Shown in pieces: positions 9,690 to 18,228 of a DNA stretch of 64,000 nucleotides (within the stretch, counting starts at the first letter, position 1; each line of letters begins with the position of its first letter). Source of the DNA: an uncultured Candidatus Saccharibacteria bacterium (GTDB lineage Bacteria > Patescibacteriota > Minisyncoccia > Phycocordibacterales > UBA1006); assembly GCA_964415895.1 (NCBI GenBank), contig CAYQCC010000001.1, positions 119,073 through 183,072 of the forward strand, given 5' to 3'. Below the pieces are notes generated by a model. That model saw only the letters and a program-made list of their open reading frames with translations. It was not told where the DNA came from and did not search any database. The position numbers were made by a program, and so were the translations under genes.

Positions 9690-10307
9690 ATGCAAACACC
9701 TTTTGAACAATTGGCACATTTATTTACCAAATTCCCAGGAATTGGTCGACGACAGGCAAAGCGATTTGCCTATTTCGTCGTTCAGTCAAACCCGGATTTC
9801 ATTGCAGAGCTTCAAAACAAGATTACTGACACGCGAAAAACGGTTAAGCTCTGTCCTGTTAGTTTTCAGTACTTCACAACAAATGATCCAGCTGTTACAA
9901 CGTCTCCTATTGTGCGAGATATTACACGGGACAATTCAATCTTGTTAATTGTAGAAAAAGATCAAGATATCGAAGCCTTTGAAAAATCAATGACCTATCA
10001 TGGACAGTATTTTGTACTTGGTAACCTTGGAAACTTGTTAGATACGGAAATGGATGACCAATTTCGTATTAAAGCTCTTATAAAGCTGATTAATCAAAAA
10101 GGAACAGATCTGGAAGAGATAATATTTGCACTTCCCGCAAACCCTGATGCAGATCGCATTGCGGAAACCTTAAAACAAAAACTTTCACCGATCTCAGAAC
10201 AATTTGGATTCAGTATTTCACAGCTTGGACGCGGATTTTCTACTGGAGCTGAGGTTGAATACGCGGATTCTGAAACTCTAAGCAGTGCGCTTGAGAATAG
10301 AAAATAA
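9690..10307 (+). CDS. recR: Recombination protein RecR (HhH + Toprim retained, C4 zinc finger absent)
   Basis: FPGIGRRQAKRFAY HhH, Toprim LLIVEKDQDIEAFE..YHGQYFVLGN, C-terminal GRGFSTGAEVEYADSETL; only one Cys in whole protein. Confidence 0.8.
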   Translation: MQTPFEQLAHLFTKFPGIGRRQAKRFAYFVVQSNPDFIAELQNKITDTRKTVKLCPVSFQYFTTNDPAVTTSPIVRDITRDNSILLIVEKDQDIEAFEKSMTYHGQYFVLGNLGNLLDTEMDDQFRIKALIKLINQKGTDLEEIIFALPANPDADRIAETLKQKLSPISEQFGFSISQLGRGFSTGAEVEYADSETLSSALENRK

Positions 10308-10317
10308 TACTGTATAA

Positions 10318-11007
10318 TTGAAATATATGAAATTCTCACCTGATTCTGCAAAAAAAACGATCAAAAACGGCATTCTAACAGTGGGACTTACGCTAGGACT
10401 TGCTACTATTAGTAATGCTCAAGAAAACAAAGGAGCAGTAAAAGATACTGAAAAACCAGTTGTTGAAACTGCTGTACAAACTAATATCGAGAAGGATAAC
10501 CAACTTATTCTTAGTAAAATAGTTGCTATAGAAGTTGGCGCGCAAAAACAGGCACAAAAAGTTGTTGAGGATGGAAAAACTACGTACGCGTTCATGCGCG
10601 AATCTGAAGTTACTCGCCAGGCAGACTATCAAACATCTGCTATCGAGGAAATTGCTACATTCAATGCAGCAAGCATCTATATTAATAGCGAAGAAAACGG
10701 AAAGTCGTTTAATGTTGCAGCACGAAGCGTTGGTGACATGAATGTTTTACAGCAGGAATCAGAGATTATGAATGAGTTTGGATTCAAAAATCCAAACAAT
10801 GTTCTCAAGAAAATGTCAGCAGTTGATACGTATGTAGTCGTTGGAATCCATGGATCTAATCTTGTTATACGACTTATAAATCCAACAACAAAAGAAATGA
10901 CTGTTCATGAATATGATTTGGAGCTCAATCCAAATCGTACTTTGGAACAACAAGCTGATAAAATTGCCGAAGTAACACAAGAAAAAGTCCAAGAGTTACT
11001 AAAATAA
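10318..11007 (+). CDS. Secreted hypothetical protein (signal peptide/lipoprotein-like)
   Basis: N-terminal hydrophobic signal GILTVGLTLGLATISNAQ; terminator 11008-11035. Confidence 0.5.
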   Translation: MKYMKFSPDSAKKTIKNGILTVGLTLGLATISNAQENKGAVKDTEKPVVETAVQTNIEKDNQLILSKIVAIEVGAQKQAQKVVEDGKTTYAFMRESEVTRQADYQTSAIEEIATFNAASIYINSEENGKSFNVAARSVGDMNVLQQESEIMNEFGFKNPNNVLKKMSAVDTYVVVGIHGSNLVIRLINPTTKEMTVHEYDLELNPNRTLEQQADKIAEVTQEKVQELLK

Positions 11008-11027
11008 AAAACACTTCTCGGTGTTTT

Positions 11028-11516
11028 TTATTTTACAAAGCTTTTTAAAAAATCATAAGCTGCTCTTTGGTCGGCTTGTTTTATTGAGAGGTATTTATGA
11101 TAATTTTCTTCAGAGTCAAGAAAATACATTTTAATATCAGCATTCTCAATAGTTTCTAACGTTGAATTAAATAATTCTTTTTCAACAGGTTTTTCTTCTT
11201 GCTCACTTACCCATTCATAATCATTTCGGTGTTCAGTTGACCTAAAGTTTTGGGAATCAAATACATATATGGCTCCTCCTTGGTCTTGTTCTTTAAATTT
11301 TTCTTTTGAAACAGGTAGTGCAACAAAATATTCACCATTATAGATTCCAGCAGACCACCCATAAGCTCCTTTTGCTAAATATGACAAAGCTGTCTTTTTA
11401 TCTGGAGATGCGAAAACAAACTCTTTTTCTTCACCTTCAAATATTTTATTTTTAGGAATTAGAGAATTAATATCTTTCTTGGGTGATCCATGATAAAGAA
11501 ATTTAGGCTTTTCCAT
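11028..11516 (-). CDS. Hypothetical protein with KptA/Tpt1-like (ADP-ribosyltransferase-fold) motif FLYHGS
   Basis: N-terminal KFLYHGSPKKDINSLIPKN resembles the FLYHGT core of RNA 2'-phosphotransferase Tpt1/KptA C-domain; 1-nt gap after lysS. Confidence 0.3.
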   Translation of the reverse strand: MEKPKFLYHGSPKKDINSLIPKNKIFEGEEKEFVFASPDKKTALSYLAKGAYGWSAGIYNGEYFVALPVSKEKFKEQDQGGAIYVFDSQNFRSTEHRNDYEWVSEQEEKPVEKELFNSTLETIENADIKMYFLDSEENYHKYLSIKQADQRAAYDFLKSFVK

Positions 11517-11517
11517 A

Positions 11518-12999
11518 TTATTCTTTTGGTCGCATGATTGGGTAAAAGATTACATCGCGTAGATTGTCCTGCTCTGTTAGAATCGCCACTAATCGGTCAA
11601 TTCCAAGTCCAAAACCTGTCATAGGCGGCATTCCGTGCTCCATAGCAGTAATAAATCGCTCGTCGCTTTCCATGGCCTCGTCGTCTCCTCCAGCTTTTGC
11701 AGCAGATTGCTTATCCAGTAGTTCACGTTGAACAATTGGATTAACTAATTCTGCGTATTGATTGGTGATTTCTGCGCCTGCAATGATCAATTGAGTAACC
11801 TGCGCAGTTCCGTCAGGATTTTGTTGTGCAAGTGGTTTCAATTCGCTTGGGTAATTCATTACGAATGTCGGTTGAACAATATTGTTTCGTGAAGACTTTT
11901 TATATACATGATCGAGTAAATTTCCTCGTCCTGTTTTTGCAACATCTTCGTCACTCATTCCCCATTTCTTTGCAGCAGTTTTAATGTCATCCATTGACGC
12001 AGTTGCCATATCCAGACCTGCATTTTTTCGAAGTAAGTCATCAAATCGAACTCGTTCCCAAACACCGTCCAGATCAACTTCTACCTTGTTTCCATGTTTA
12101 TCTTCAACCATGAACGCCATCTTACCAATAACGTCTTTTGCTAATCCTCGAATCAGGTTTTCAGTCCACTGCATGTTGGTTTCTAATGTCTCGTAGGCTG
12201 CATACCATTCCATCATCGTAAACTCTTGGATATGGGTAGGATCTGAGCCTTCGTTTCGGAAGTTCTTGCTGATCTCATAAATTCGGTTATAACCTGCAAC
12301 CATCATCATTTTGTGTTCAAGCTCCATGGCAATACGTAATACCATGTCCATATCATAATCATTGTGATGAGTGTTGAATGTGCGCGCCATTGCCCCACCT
12401 GCTTGATTTTGTAAAATTGGTGTTTCAATTTCAAGGAAATTTTTGTCGTCAAAAAACGTACGAATATATTTGATAATTTTAGCTCGTGTTTCAAATCGTT
12501 TGTATACATCATTATCAACAATCGCATCCAGATATCGTTTTCGCATTTTTTCTTCTGCATCTTCAAGTCCGTAATGTTCCGACGGAATTGGAAGAAGTGT
12601 TTTCGTTGCCATTGTCCAAGATTTTACGAGTAAACTTTGAGCACCTTTTTGTGTCACAAATAATATTCCTGTTACAGAAATAAAGTCACCTAAATCAACC
12701 GAACTTGAAAACAGTTTGAATAGTTCTTCGTCAATTTCGTCTTTCTTGAAAACAGCTTGAAATTTTTCAGTTCCATCAAATAATGTTGCAAACATGATCG
12801 CGCCTTGTCCACGTAATGATAAAATCCGCCCTACAATAGAGGCTGGTTCTTTCGATAATTCAAGCGACTCAAAATTACTTACTACTTCTGATAAGGTGTG
12901 AGTTCGTGCAACTGAGACAGGAAATGCCTCCATTCCAAAATCTTTTAATAATGTTAGCTTTTCAGCGCGTACGGAACGCAATTCATCAAGTGATGCCAT
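11518..12999 (-). CDS. lysS: Lysyl-tRNA synthetase (class II)
   Basis: Class II aaRS motifs, anticodon-binding OB N-domain, 493 aa. Confidence 0.9.
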   Translation of the reverse strand: MASLDELRSVRAEKLTLLKDFGMEAFPVSVARTHTLSEVVSNFESLELSKEPASIVGRILSLRGQGAIMFATLFDGTEKFQAVFKKDEIDEELFKLFSSSVDLGDFISVTGILFVTQKGAQSLLVKSWTMATKTLLPIPSEHYGLEDAEEKMRKRYLDAIVDNDVYKRFETRAKIIKYIRTFFDDKNFLEIETPILQNQAGGAMARTFNTHHNDYDMDMVLRIAMELEHKMMMVAGYNRIYEISKNFRNEGSDPTHIQEFTMMEWYAAYETLETNMQWTENLIRGLAKDVIGKMAFMVEDKHGNKVEVDLDGVWERVRFDDLLRKNAGLDMATASMDDIKTAAKKWGMSDEDVAKTGRGNLLDHVYKKSSRNNIVQPTFVMNYPSELKPLAQQNPDGTAQVTQLIIAGAEITNQYAELVNPIVQRELLDKQSAAKAGGDDEAMESDERFITAMEHGMPPMTGFGLGIDRLVAILTEQDNLRDVIFYPIMRPKE

Positions 13000-13039
13000 A
13001 ATGAAAGGATTATAACACTAATCACCTGTTTTTTCCACA

Positions 13040-13075
13040 AAAAAAAGGACTTGCTCTCACAAGTCCTTTCGGCAC
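13040..13075 (-). terminator. Hairpin GGACTTG...CAAGTCC with flanking A8/T-run (bidirectional)
   Basis: Seen directly between greA stop and lysS start. Confidence 0.55.
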
Positions 13076-13136
13076 GGATGCCTACATTTAGTTCAGTACA
13101 TGTATAATAACACATATCTATACTGAATGCAAGTAA

Positions 13137-13832
13137 CTATTGAATGGACACAATTGTGTAAGAAACTTCACCTCGTGGTGTCGTAATAGTAAATGTGTCG
13201 TTTGCAGACTTACCAACCATCATAGAACCCATTGGCGAACTTGTAGATATCTTATTCTGGCCAATATCAGCTTCTGTATCTGACACAATCATGAATGTTT
13301 TTGTATCTGTATCACCATCTTTTTTCACAACAACTGTTGCACCAAGTTCAACTTTTCCAGAATCAGATCGCTTTACGATTTCAGAATGTTTCAAGATATG
13401 TTCGATTTCCATAATACGTGACTCATTCTTTCCCTGTTCTGCACGTGCTGAATGATATTCCGCATTCTCAGATAAGTCTCCGTGTGCTCGAGCTGTTGCA
13501 ACTCGTTCGCCAATTTCTGTGCGCAAAGTTCCCTTGCGATCTGCAAGTTCTGCTTCAAGTTCAACCTTTTTTTGTGCTGTAATAAGTTCTTTTTCCATAT
13601 TCGTATCAATAACAATTAATCGTTTTAATAAGTCTTCCAGATGTAAAATCCGTCCTGTATTTTTTGCCTGCGCTGTTCGTGCTGCGTCCCATTCCGCATT
13701 TTCAGGCAAGTCACCTAGTTCAAATGCTTCGCCAACCTGTCTTACAATATCGGGCCGCTCAACGGTTTTTAGGTAATGTAATTCAGCTTCAAACTTTTCC
13801 TTTGTTTGTTGACTGACAAACTCTGGTTCCAT
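13137..13832 (-). CDS. greA: Transcription elongation factor GreA with tandemly duplicated N-terminal coiled-coil domain
   Basis: Two consecutive GreA N-domain signatures (GDLPENAEWDAARTAQ...IVID and GDLSENAEYHSARAEQ...EIV) then GreA/FKBP-like C-domain; 231 aa vs usual about 158. Confidence 0.75.
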   Translation of the reverse strand: MEPEFVSQQTKEKFEAELHYLKTVERPDIVRQVGEAFELGDLPENAEWDAARTAQAKNTGRILHLEDLLKRLIVIDTNMEKELITAQKKVELEAELADRKGTLRTEIGERVATARAHGDLSENAEYHSARAEQGKNESRIMEIEHILKHSEIVKRSDSGKVELGATVVVKKDGDTDTKTFMIVSDTEADIGQNKISTSSPMGSMMVGKSANDTFTITTPRGEVSYTIVSIQ

Positions 13833-13920
13833 ATCTGTGATACTAACATATTTCCATAATAAAAAAAACTATGATTCTGATAATTCAGAATCATAGTCCA
13901 TTAAGAAATTCGCTTCAATT

Positions 13921-14040
13921 TAGCTGGATGGTGAACATGTTACTGCTTTTTTTGCATCTTTGTTTCCGTCCGGTTTGTGGTCAGCAGCTGTAAATCCCGT
14001 TGGGTCCAAGCTGGTTCCACCTTTGAATAATTTTCTCATG
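13921..14040 (-). CDS. Possible small protein (39 aa) MRKLFKGGTSLDPTGFTAADHKPDGNKDAKKAVTCSPSS
   Basis: Not in ORF track (below length cut-off); AGGGA-like SD 7 nt upstream; between greA and PBP2. Confidence 0.2.
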
Positions 14041-14102
14041 ATGTAATCCCTATTTTAATTAGGTTGAATCAAATATATCAAACAGTAACTTAATGTCAAG
14101 TA

Positions 14103-15812
14103 CTAAATACTACTAAAAAATTCAGGTTGATTATTTTGAATCCAATCAAACAATACGCGAACTGCTCGTGTTGCACCTGCTTGGTTAGTTGACGGAGCTA
14201 AGTCCATTACAACAGAAAACGCATATCGTGGGCTTTCATACGGAAAGAATCCTGTTGACCAAGAGTTCATCGAACGATTCCCTTTTCCAATTTGAGCCGT
14301 ACCCGTTTTAACTGCAGCATGAACATACGGAACATCAAGCGTTGTTGCCGTACCACGTAGTACGGTCTGACGCATAGCATCACGAATAATTTGGTAATTC
14401 TTTGGATCAATTCCAGTTATTTCAATCTTCTCAAAATCCTTTATCGGAACATCTTTTTCTAAGTGTGGCGTAATCAACGTTCCGCCGTTTGCAAGTGCGC
14501 CAACCGCTCGAACCATTTGTAATAGAGACACCTGAAAACCAAACTGACCAATCGCAGAGTTATACGTATCACCTTGGCGCCAAGCGTTATCAGTTGCAAA
14601 TGCTTTTAGTTTCCATTGTGGTGATGGAATTGTTCCAGCTTTATCACCATCAAGTTCGAATCCTGTTGGTTGAGCTAATCCAAACTTTTCTGCATATTCA
14701 TCTATTCGTGAAATTCCAAGCGGTGTTGTAATGCCTTGCGCTCCACCACCAATTGCATAGAAAAACGTGTTTACAGATTCAGCAATTGCAGTGTATACGT
14801 TTGTAGTACCATGACCTCCTTTTTTCCAATCTCGAAATACCTGAGGATTACTAGGATCATATCGGTTTGGAATTTCAGTTTCTCCTGTTGAAAACACGGT
14901 CGTAGATGGCGTAATAACACCTTCCTGAAGAGCTCCAAGTGCCAAGTAGGGCTTTACTGTCGAACCCGGTGTATAAAGTCCTGTTACAGCGCGGTTAAGG
15001 TAAATCTTTCGCTCGTCGGTCGCATATTCTGAAATAATCGCACGATCCTTTCCTTGTGATAAAATATTAGAATCAAATTCAGGATAACTGGTCATAGCAA
15101 TAACTTCACCTGTTTTCAAATCTGTTAAAATCCCAGCGCCTCCTTGGAAATTATTAGACTCGGCCAAATCTTTAATTGCGTTATACATGGCAGATTGAAT
15201 TCCTGCATCAATAGATAACGTTAGGTTTTTTCCTGGTTCTGGTGGAATCATCATGTTTTCAGATGTGATCTTTCCACTGGCATCAACCTCGACAACCTTG
15301 CTTCCGTTTTTACCTGATAGATAATCACCAAACTTTTTCTCAATACCTGATTTTCCAAGAATTGATTCGCGCCAGAAAAAACCTGATTGGTCACGCGTTG
15401 GATACCCAACATAACCAAGCAAGTGCCCAAAGCCGCCACCAACAATATAACCACGATGTAAAAATGGCTCACCTTCTGGTGCTGGAACATTCCATGCCAT
15501 TGCTTTTCCGTTTCGATCGAACACAACGCCACGTTCTGAAAAGATTGGAATTTCGTGAAGTCGATTATTTTCTGACAATGCAAAAAACTTTTGACCACCA
15601 ACAATTTGAACCTTGACTAGTTGTGCGGCAAAAATCAACATAAACAGAATCACAAAAAAACCGAACAATTTTATTGATCGTTTACTGATAGGCCGCTCAA
15701 TAATTCCTTCGAATTGTTGTGTATCAAATCCTGGACGATTTTCTGCATCCATCAAAATTTGATCTGGGTCAATGAATCTATTTTTAATTTTCTTTGATCG
15801 TCTAAAAATCAT
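14103..15812 (-). CDS. Penicillin-binding protein 2-type peptidoglycan D,D-transpeptidase
   Basis: N-terminal TM, SxxK (STVKP), SxN (SVN), KTG (KTGTA) transpeptidase motifs. Confidence 0.85.
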   Translation of the reverse strand: MIFRRSKKIKNRFIDPDQILMDAENRPGFDTQQFEGIIERPISKRSIKLFGFFVILFMLIFAAQLVKVQIVGGQKFFALSENNRLHEIPIFSERGVVFDRNGKAMAWNVPAPEGEPFLHRGYIVGGGFGHLLGYVGYPTRDQSGFFWRESILGKSGIEKKFGDYLSGKNGSKVVEVDASGKITSENMMIPPEPGKNLTLSIDAGIQSAMYNAIKDLAESNNFQGGAGILTDLKTGEVIAMTSYPEFDSNILSQGKDRAIISEYATDERKIYLNRAVTGLYTPGSTVKPYLALGALQEGVITPSTTVFSTGETEIPNRYDPSNPQVFRDWKKGGHGTTNVYTAIAESVNTFFYAIGGGAQGITTPLGISRIDEYAEKFGLAQPTGFELDGDKAGTIPSPQWKLKAFATDNAWRQGDTYNSAIGQFGFQVSLLQMVRAVGALANGGTLITPHLEKDVPIKDFEKIEITGIDPKNYQIIRDAMRQTVLRGTATTLDVPYVHAAVKTGTAQIGKGNRSMNSWSTGFFPYESPRYAFSVVMDLAPSTNQAGATRAVRVLFDWIQNNQPEFFSSI

Positions 15813-16084
15813 AAGAATTTTGGTCTGCGTGTTATTTTCTGCACAATGAATGAAACGATGAAGATTCCTAACATGATTGCCGTATTAATAAATGTTGCAT
15901 ACCAGTGCATACCGGGAATGTGATAATGGATATCGTAAAATAATCCGATAGCAATAATTTCAAAAAAGTTATCAATTAATAATGCAGCAATGGCACATAG
16001 CACAAAAACCAACCACCATGGAAATAGGTTGGCACTAATAAACAATGCTATTAAGATTATACAACGAACAATAGCTTGTTTCAT
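15809..16084 (-). CDS. Small 3-TM membrane protein, possibly MreD-like
   Basis: 4-nt overlap with PBP2 start (translational coupling); hydrophobic throughout. Confidence 0.35.
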   Translation of the reverse strand: MKQAIVRCIILIALFISANLFPWWLVFVLCAIAALLIDNFFEIIAIGLFYDIHYHIPGMHWYATFINTAIMLGIFIVSFIVQKITRRPKFL

Positions 16085-16090
16085 ATAGGT

Positions 16091-16702
16091 TTAATAACCT
16101 TGTGGGTGGCGGAATTTATTGATAATACGAGCAATGATAGTCAGAATAAGGAAAATAGCAATTCCGTAAAATATAACTCGTGATGAGAAAATAATCACAA
16201 ACAAGAACAAGACAAAACTATACAGTTTTAGTAAAAATACATTTCCTGTGCTTTGAACCTCTGTTCCAGATCCTTGGAATAAGGTGTCTTGCTGACCATC
16301 CAAAAGCTTATCAACACGACCACTACGCTTTATATCTTGATCTTCAGTAATAACAGCAATTTGAGTTTCCTTCTCGAGCTTAATTGCTTTCCAGATTTCA
16401 AGTTGTGCAGCTCGCCATGCGTCAGCTTTTTCATAAATTGAAATCCCAAAATTTTTGATTGAATTCCAAATACCTTTTGCTTCAACTTTAGCTTCTTCAA
16501 CCTTTGGAGCTGTCTTTTCCGCAACTGAATCCTTTACCGCCTCAGCTTTTGCATCAACTACTGCTTTTACTTTTGTACTAGTTGTTGTTTTTGCAGTTTC
16601 TTTGCTTTGCGCATATGCTGGCGAAATCAAAACAATACCGGCGACACCAGATCCGATAATAACAGTTGCTAATAATTGAAATAGGAATATTTTTGTTCTC
16701 AT
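16091..16702 (-). CDS. Membrane-anchored hypothetical protein (N-terminal TM, K/A-rich linker, two C-terminal TM helices)
   Basis: ORF track 16091..16777; probable start MRTKIFLF at 16702. Confidence 0.4.
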   Translation of the reverse strand: MRTKIFLFQLLATVIIGSGVAGIVLISPAYAQSKETAKTTTSTKVKAVVDAKAEAVKDSVAEKTAPKVEEAKVEAKGIWNSIKNFGISIYEKADAWRAAQLEIWKAIKLEKETQIAVITEDQDIKRSGRVDKLLDGQQDTLFQGSGTEVQSTGNVFLLKLYSFVLFLFVIIFSSRVIFYGIAIFLILTIIARIINKFRHPQGY

Positions 16703-16718
16703 ATAATAATAGTATACC

Positions 16719-17123
16719 TTAGTTGTTAATTTTCTCAACGATTGCAATAATATGTGGAATAAAAATAAACAATCCAATGATCAACGCCGTTATTGCAGAA
16801 ATCAATACCGCTGCTGCTGCGACATCTTTTGTATCTTTTGCATATGGATGAAAGTCTGGCGACGTTAAATCAATATCGATCTCGATCGCTGTATTAAACG
16901 CTTCTGCTGCCAAAACAAAACCAGCTGCTAGAATTAAAAACATCCAATCAATGTGCGAAATATTAAGAGAAATTCCTAAGATAATACCAGCAATTAAAGC
17001 TGCTATATGAACCCATGCATTATGAGTTCCTTTAATAAAAACAATTAAACCTCGTCCTGCATGTTCAAAACTTTTCGCACGTTTTAATAAAGAAAACTTT
17101 TTATCATTAAGTGTAGATTGCAT
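16719..17123 (-). CDS. dgkA: Diacylglycerol kinase / undecaprenol kinase (DgkA family)
   Basis: Conserved EAFNTAIE...DFHPYAKDTKDVAAAAVL motif block; ORF-track N-terminal extension ignored. Confidence 0.7.
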   Translation of the reverse strand: MQSTLNDKKFSLLKRAKSFEHAGRGLIVFIKGTHNAWVHIAALIAGIILGISLNISHIDWMFLILAAGFVLAAEAFNTAIEIDIDLTSPDFHPYAKDTKDVAAAAVLISAITALIIGLFIFIPHIIAIVEKINN

Positions 17124-17235
17124 ATGACAAAAGTATATCACAAGTATTACTTGACTTTTATCATAAAATGTATTAGGGTGTTGTTCGATTTGCACAAAAC
17201 CTATTTTAATAAACAAACCAAAAAACAATTTTGTC

Positions 17236-17721
17236 ATGGCACCAACATTAGAACATTTGATTACTTTGTATGACACACTGCTGGTGTGGATCAAGGAACA
17301 TTCCCTCGAAGCCTATGAAGCAGTATTAGGAAACGTGTCCGACGATGAATGGGCTGAACGAAAGGTTCTTGCAATATACAATCTTGGTAAAGAAACCAAT
17401 TTTGAGTATACAGAAGAAGAACCTACCGACCCTTTTCTGATAGACATGTTTGATGGAATTCGATTCTCCACTCATACCTCGGAGAAAGCTGAGGATAGAA
17501 AGAATCGATGCATGTTTCAGACACTTTTTGTCCTGATCATGTCGGGTAATTATGACCCGAACCAACGAATAGTAATATTTGTTGAGTACAAAGAACATTA
17601 TCTGAAATATAGAATTTTCTATAAATCAGATCTCGAGGCCGGATTCCTCAAAGAAATTACGGACCCAAGCACAGCGCTTGAGTTACCGTTTAAAGTAAAA
17701 AATGAATATGTATATGCCTAA
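17236..17721 (+). CDS. Hypothetical protein (161 aa)
   Basis: ORF with bidirectional terminator 17745-17772 downstream. Confidence 0.4.
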   Translation: MAPTLEHLITLYDTLLVWIKEHSLEAYEAVLGNVSDDEWAERKVLAIYNLGKETNFEYTEEEPTDPFLIDMFDGIRFSTHTSEKAEDRKNRCMFQTLFVLIMSGNYDPNQRIVIFVEYKEHYLKYRIFYKSDLEAGFLKEITDPSTALELPFKVKNEYVYA

Positions 17722-17772
17722 ACTATGTTAGTTTAAGAAATATACAAAAAAAGCAGTACCGGACTGCTTTTT

Positions 17773-18228
17773 TTATTTAAAATCTTCGGGATTAAAAAAT
17801 TCTTTCAGGGCATTTGTTTGCCAGCATAGTTCAACATTGTTTAATTCTTCTTTCGAGAAAAAACCAATTTCTTCACATTCATCAGTTGTTTTAAAATCAT
17901 AATTTTCAAGTTCTACTTGATATCCTAATACTAATGAATAGAACCAATCCATATCTCGTTCGTTTTCAAATCTCCATGTCCAAGTATAGATTGGATGCTT
18001 TGAAATACTTTTTACTTTGATTCCAGTTTCTTCCTCTACTTCTCGCCTAAGACCTTCTTCTATGCTTTCTCCAAAATCAAGTCCGCCGCCAGGAAGTTCC
18101 CATTGGCCGCTTAATGCTTGAGATTCTTTGAGTAGTAGTATTTTCCCATCTTTAATTACAAGACCCTTTACTGATACTCTATAAAATGAAGGTGGAAAAT
18201 CTTTTGATGTGGGTATTATTGAATTCAT
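17773..18228 (-). CDS. NUDIX hydrolase
   Basis: NUDIX box GGGLDFGESIEEGLRREVEEETGI; 4-nt overlap with upstream helD-like gene. Confidence 0.8.
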   Translation of the reverse strand: MNSIIPTSKDFPPSFYRVSVKGLVIKDGKILLLKESQALSGQWELPGGGLDFGESIEEGLRREVEEETGIKVKSISKHPIYTWTWRFENERDMDWFYSLVLGYQVELENYDFKTTDECEEIGFFSKEELNNVELCWQTNALKEFFNPEDFK

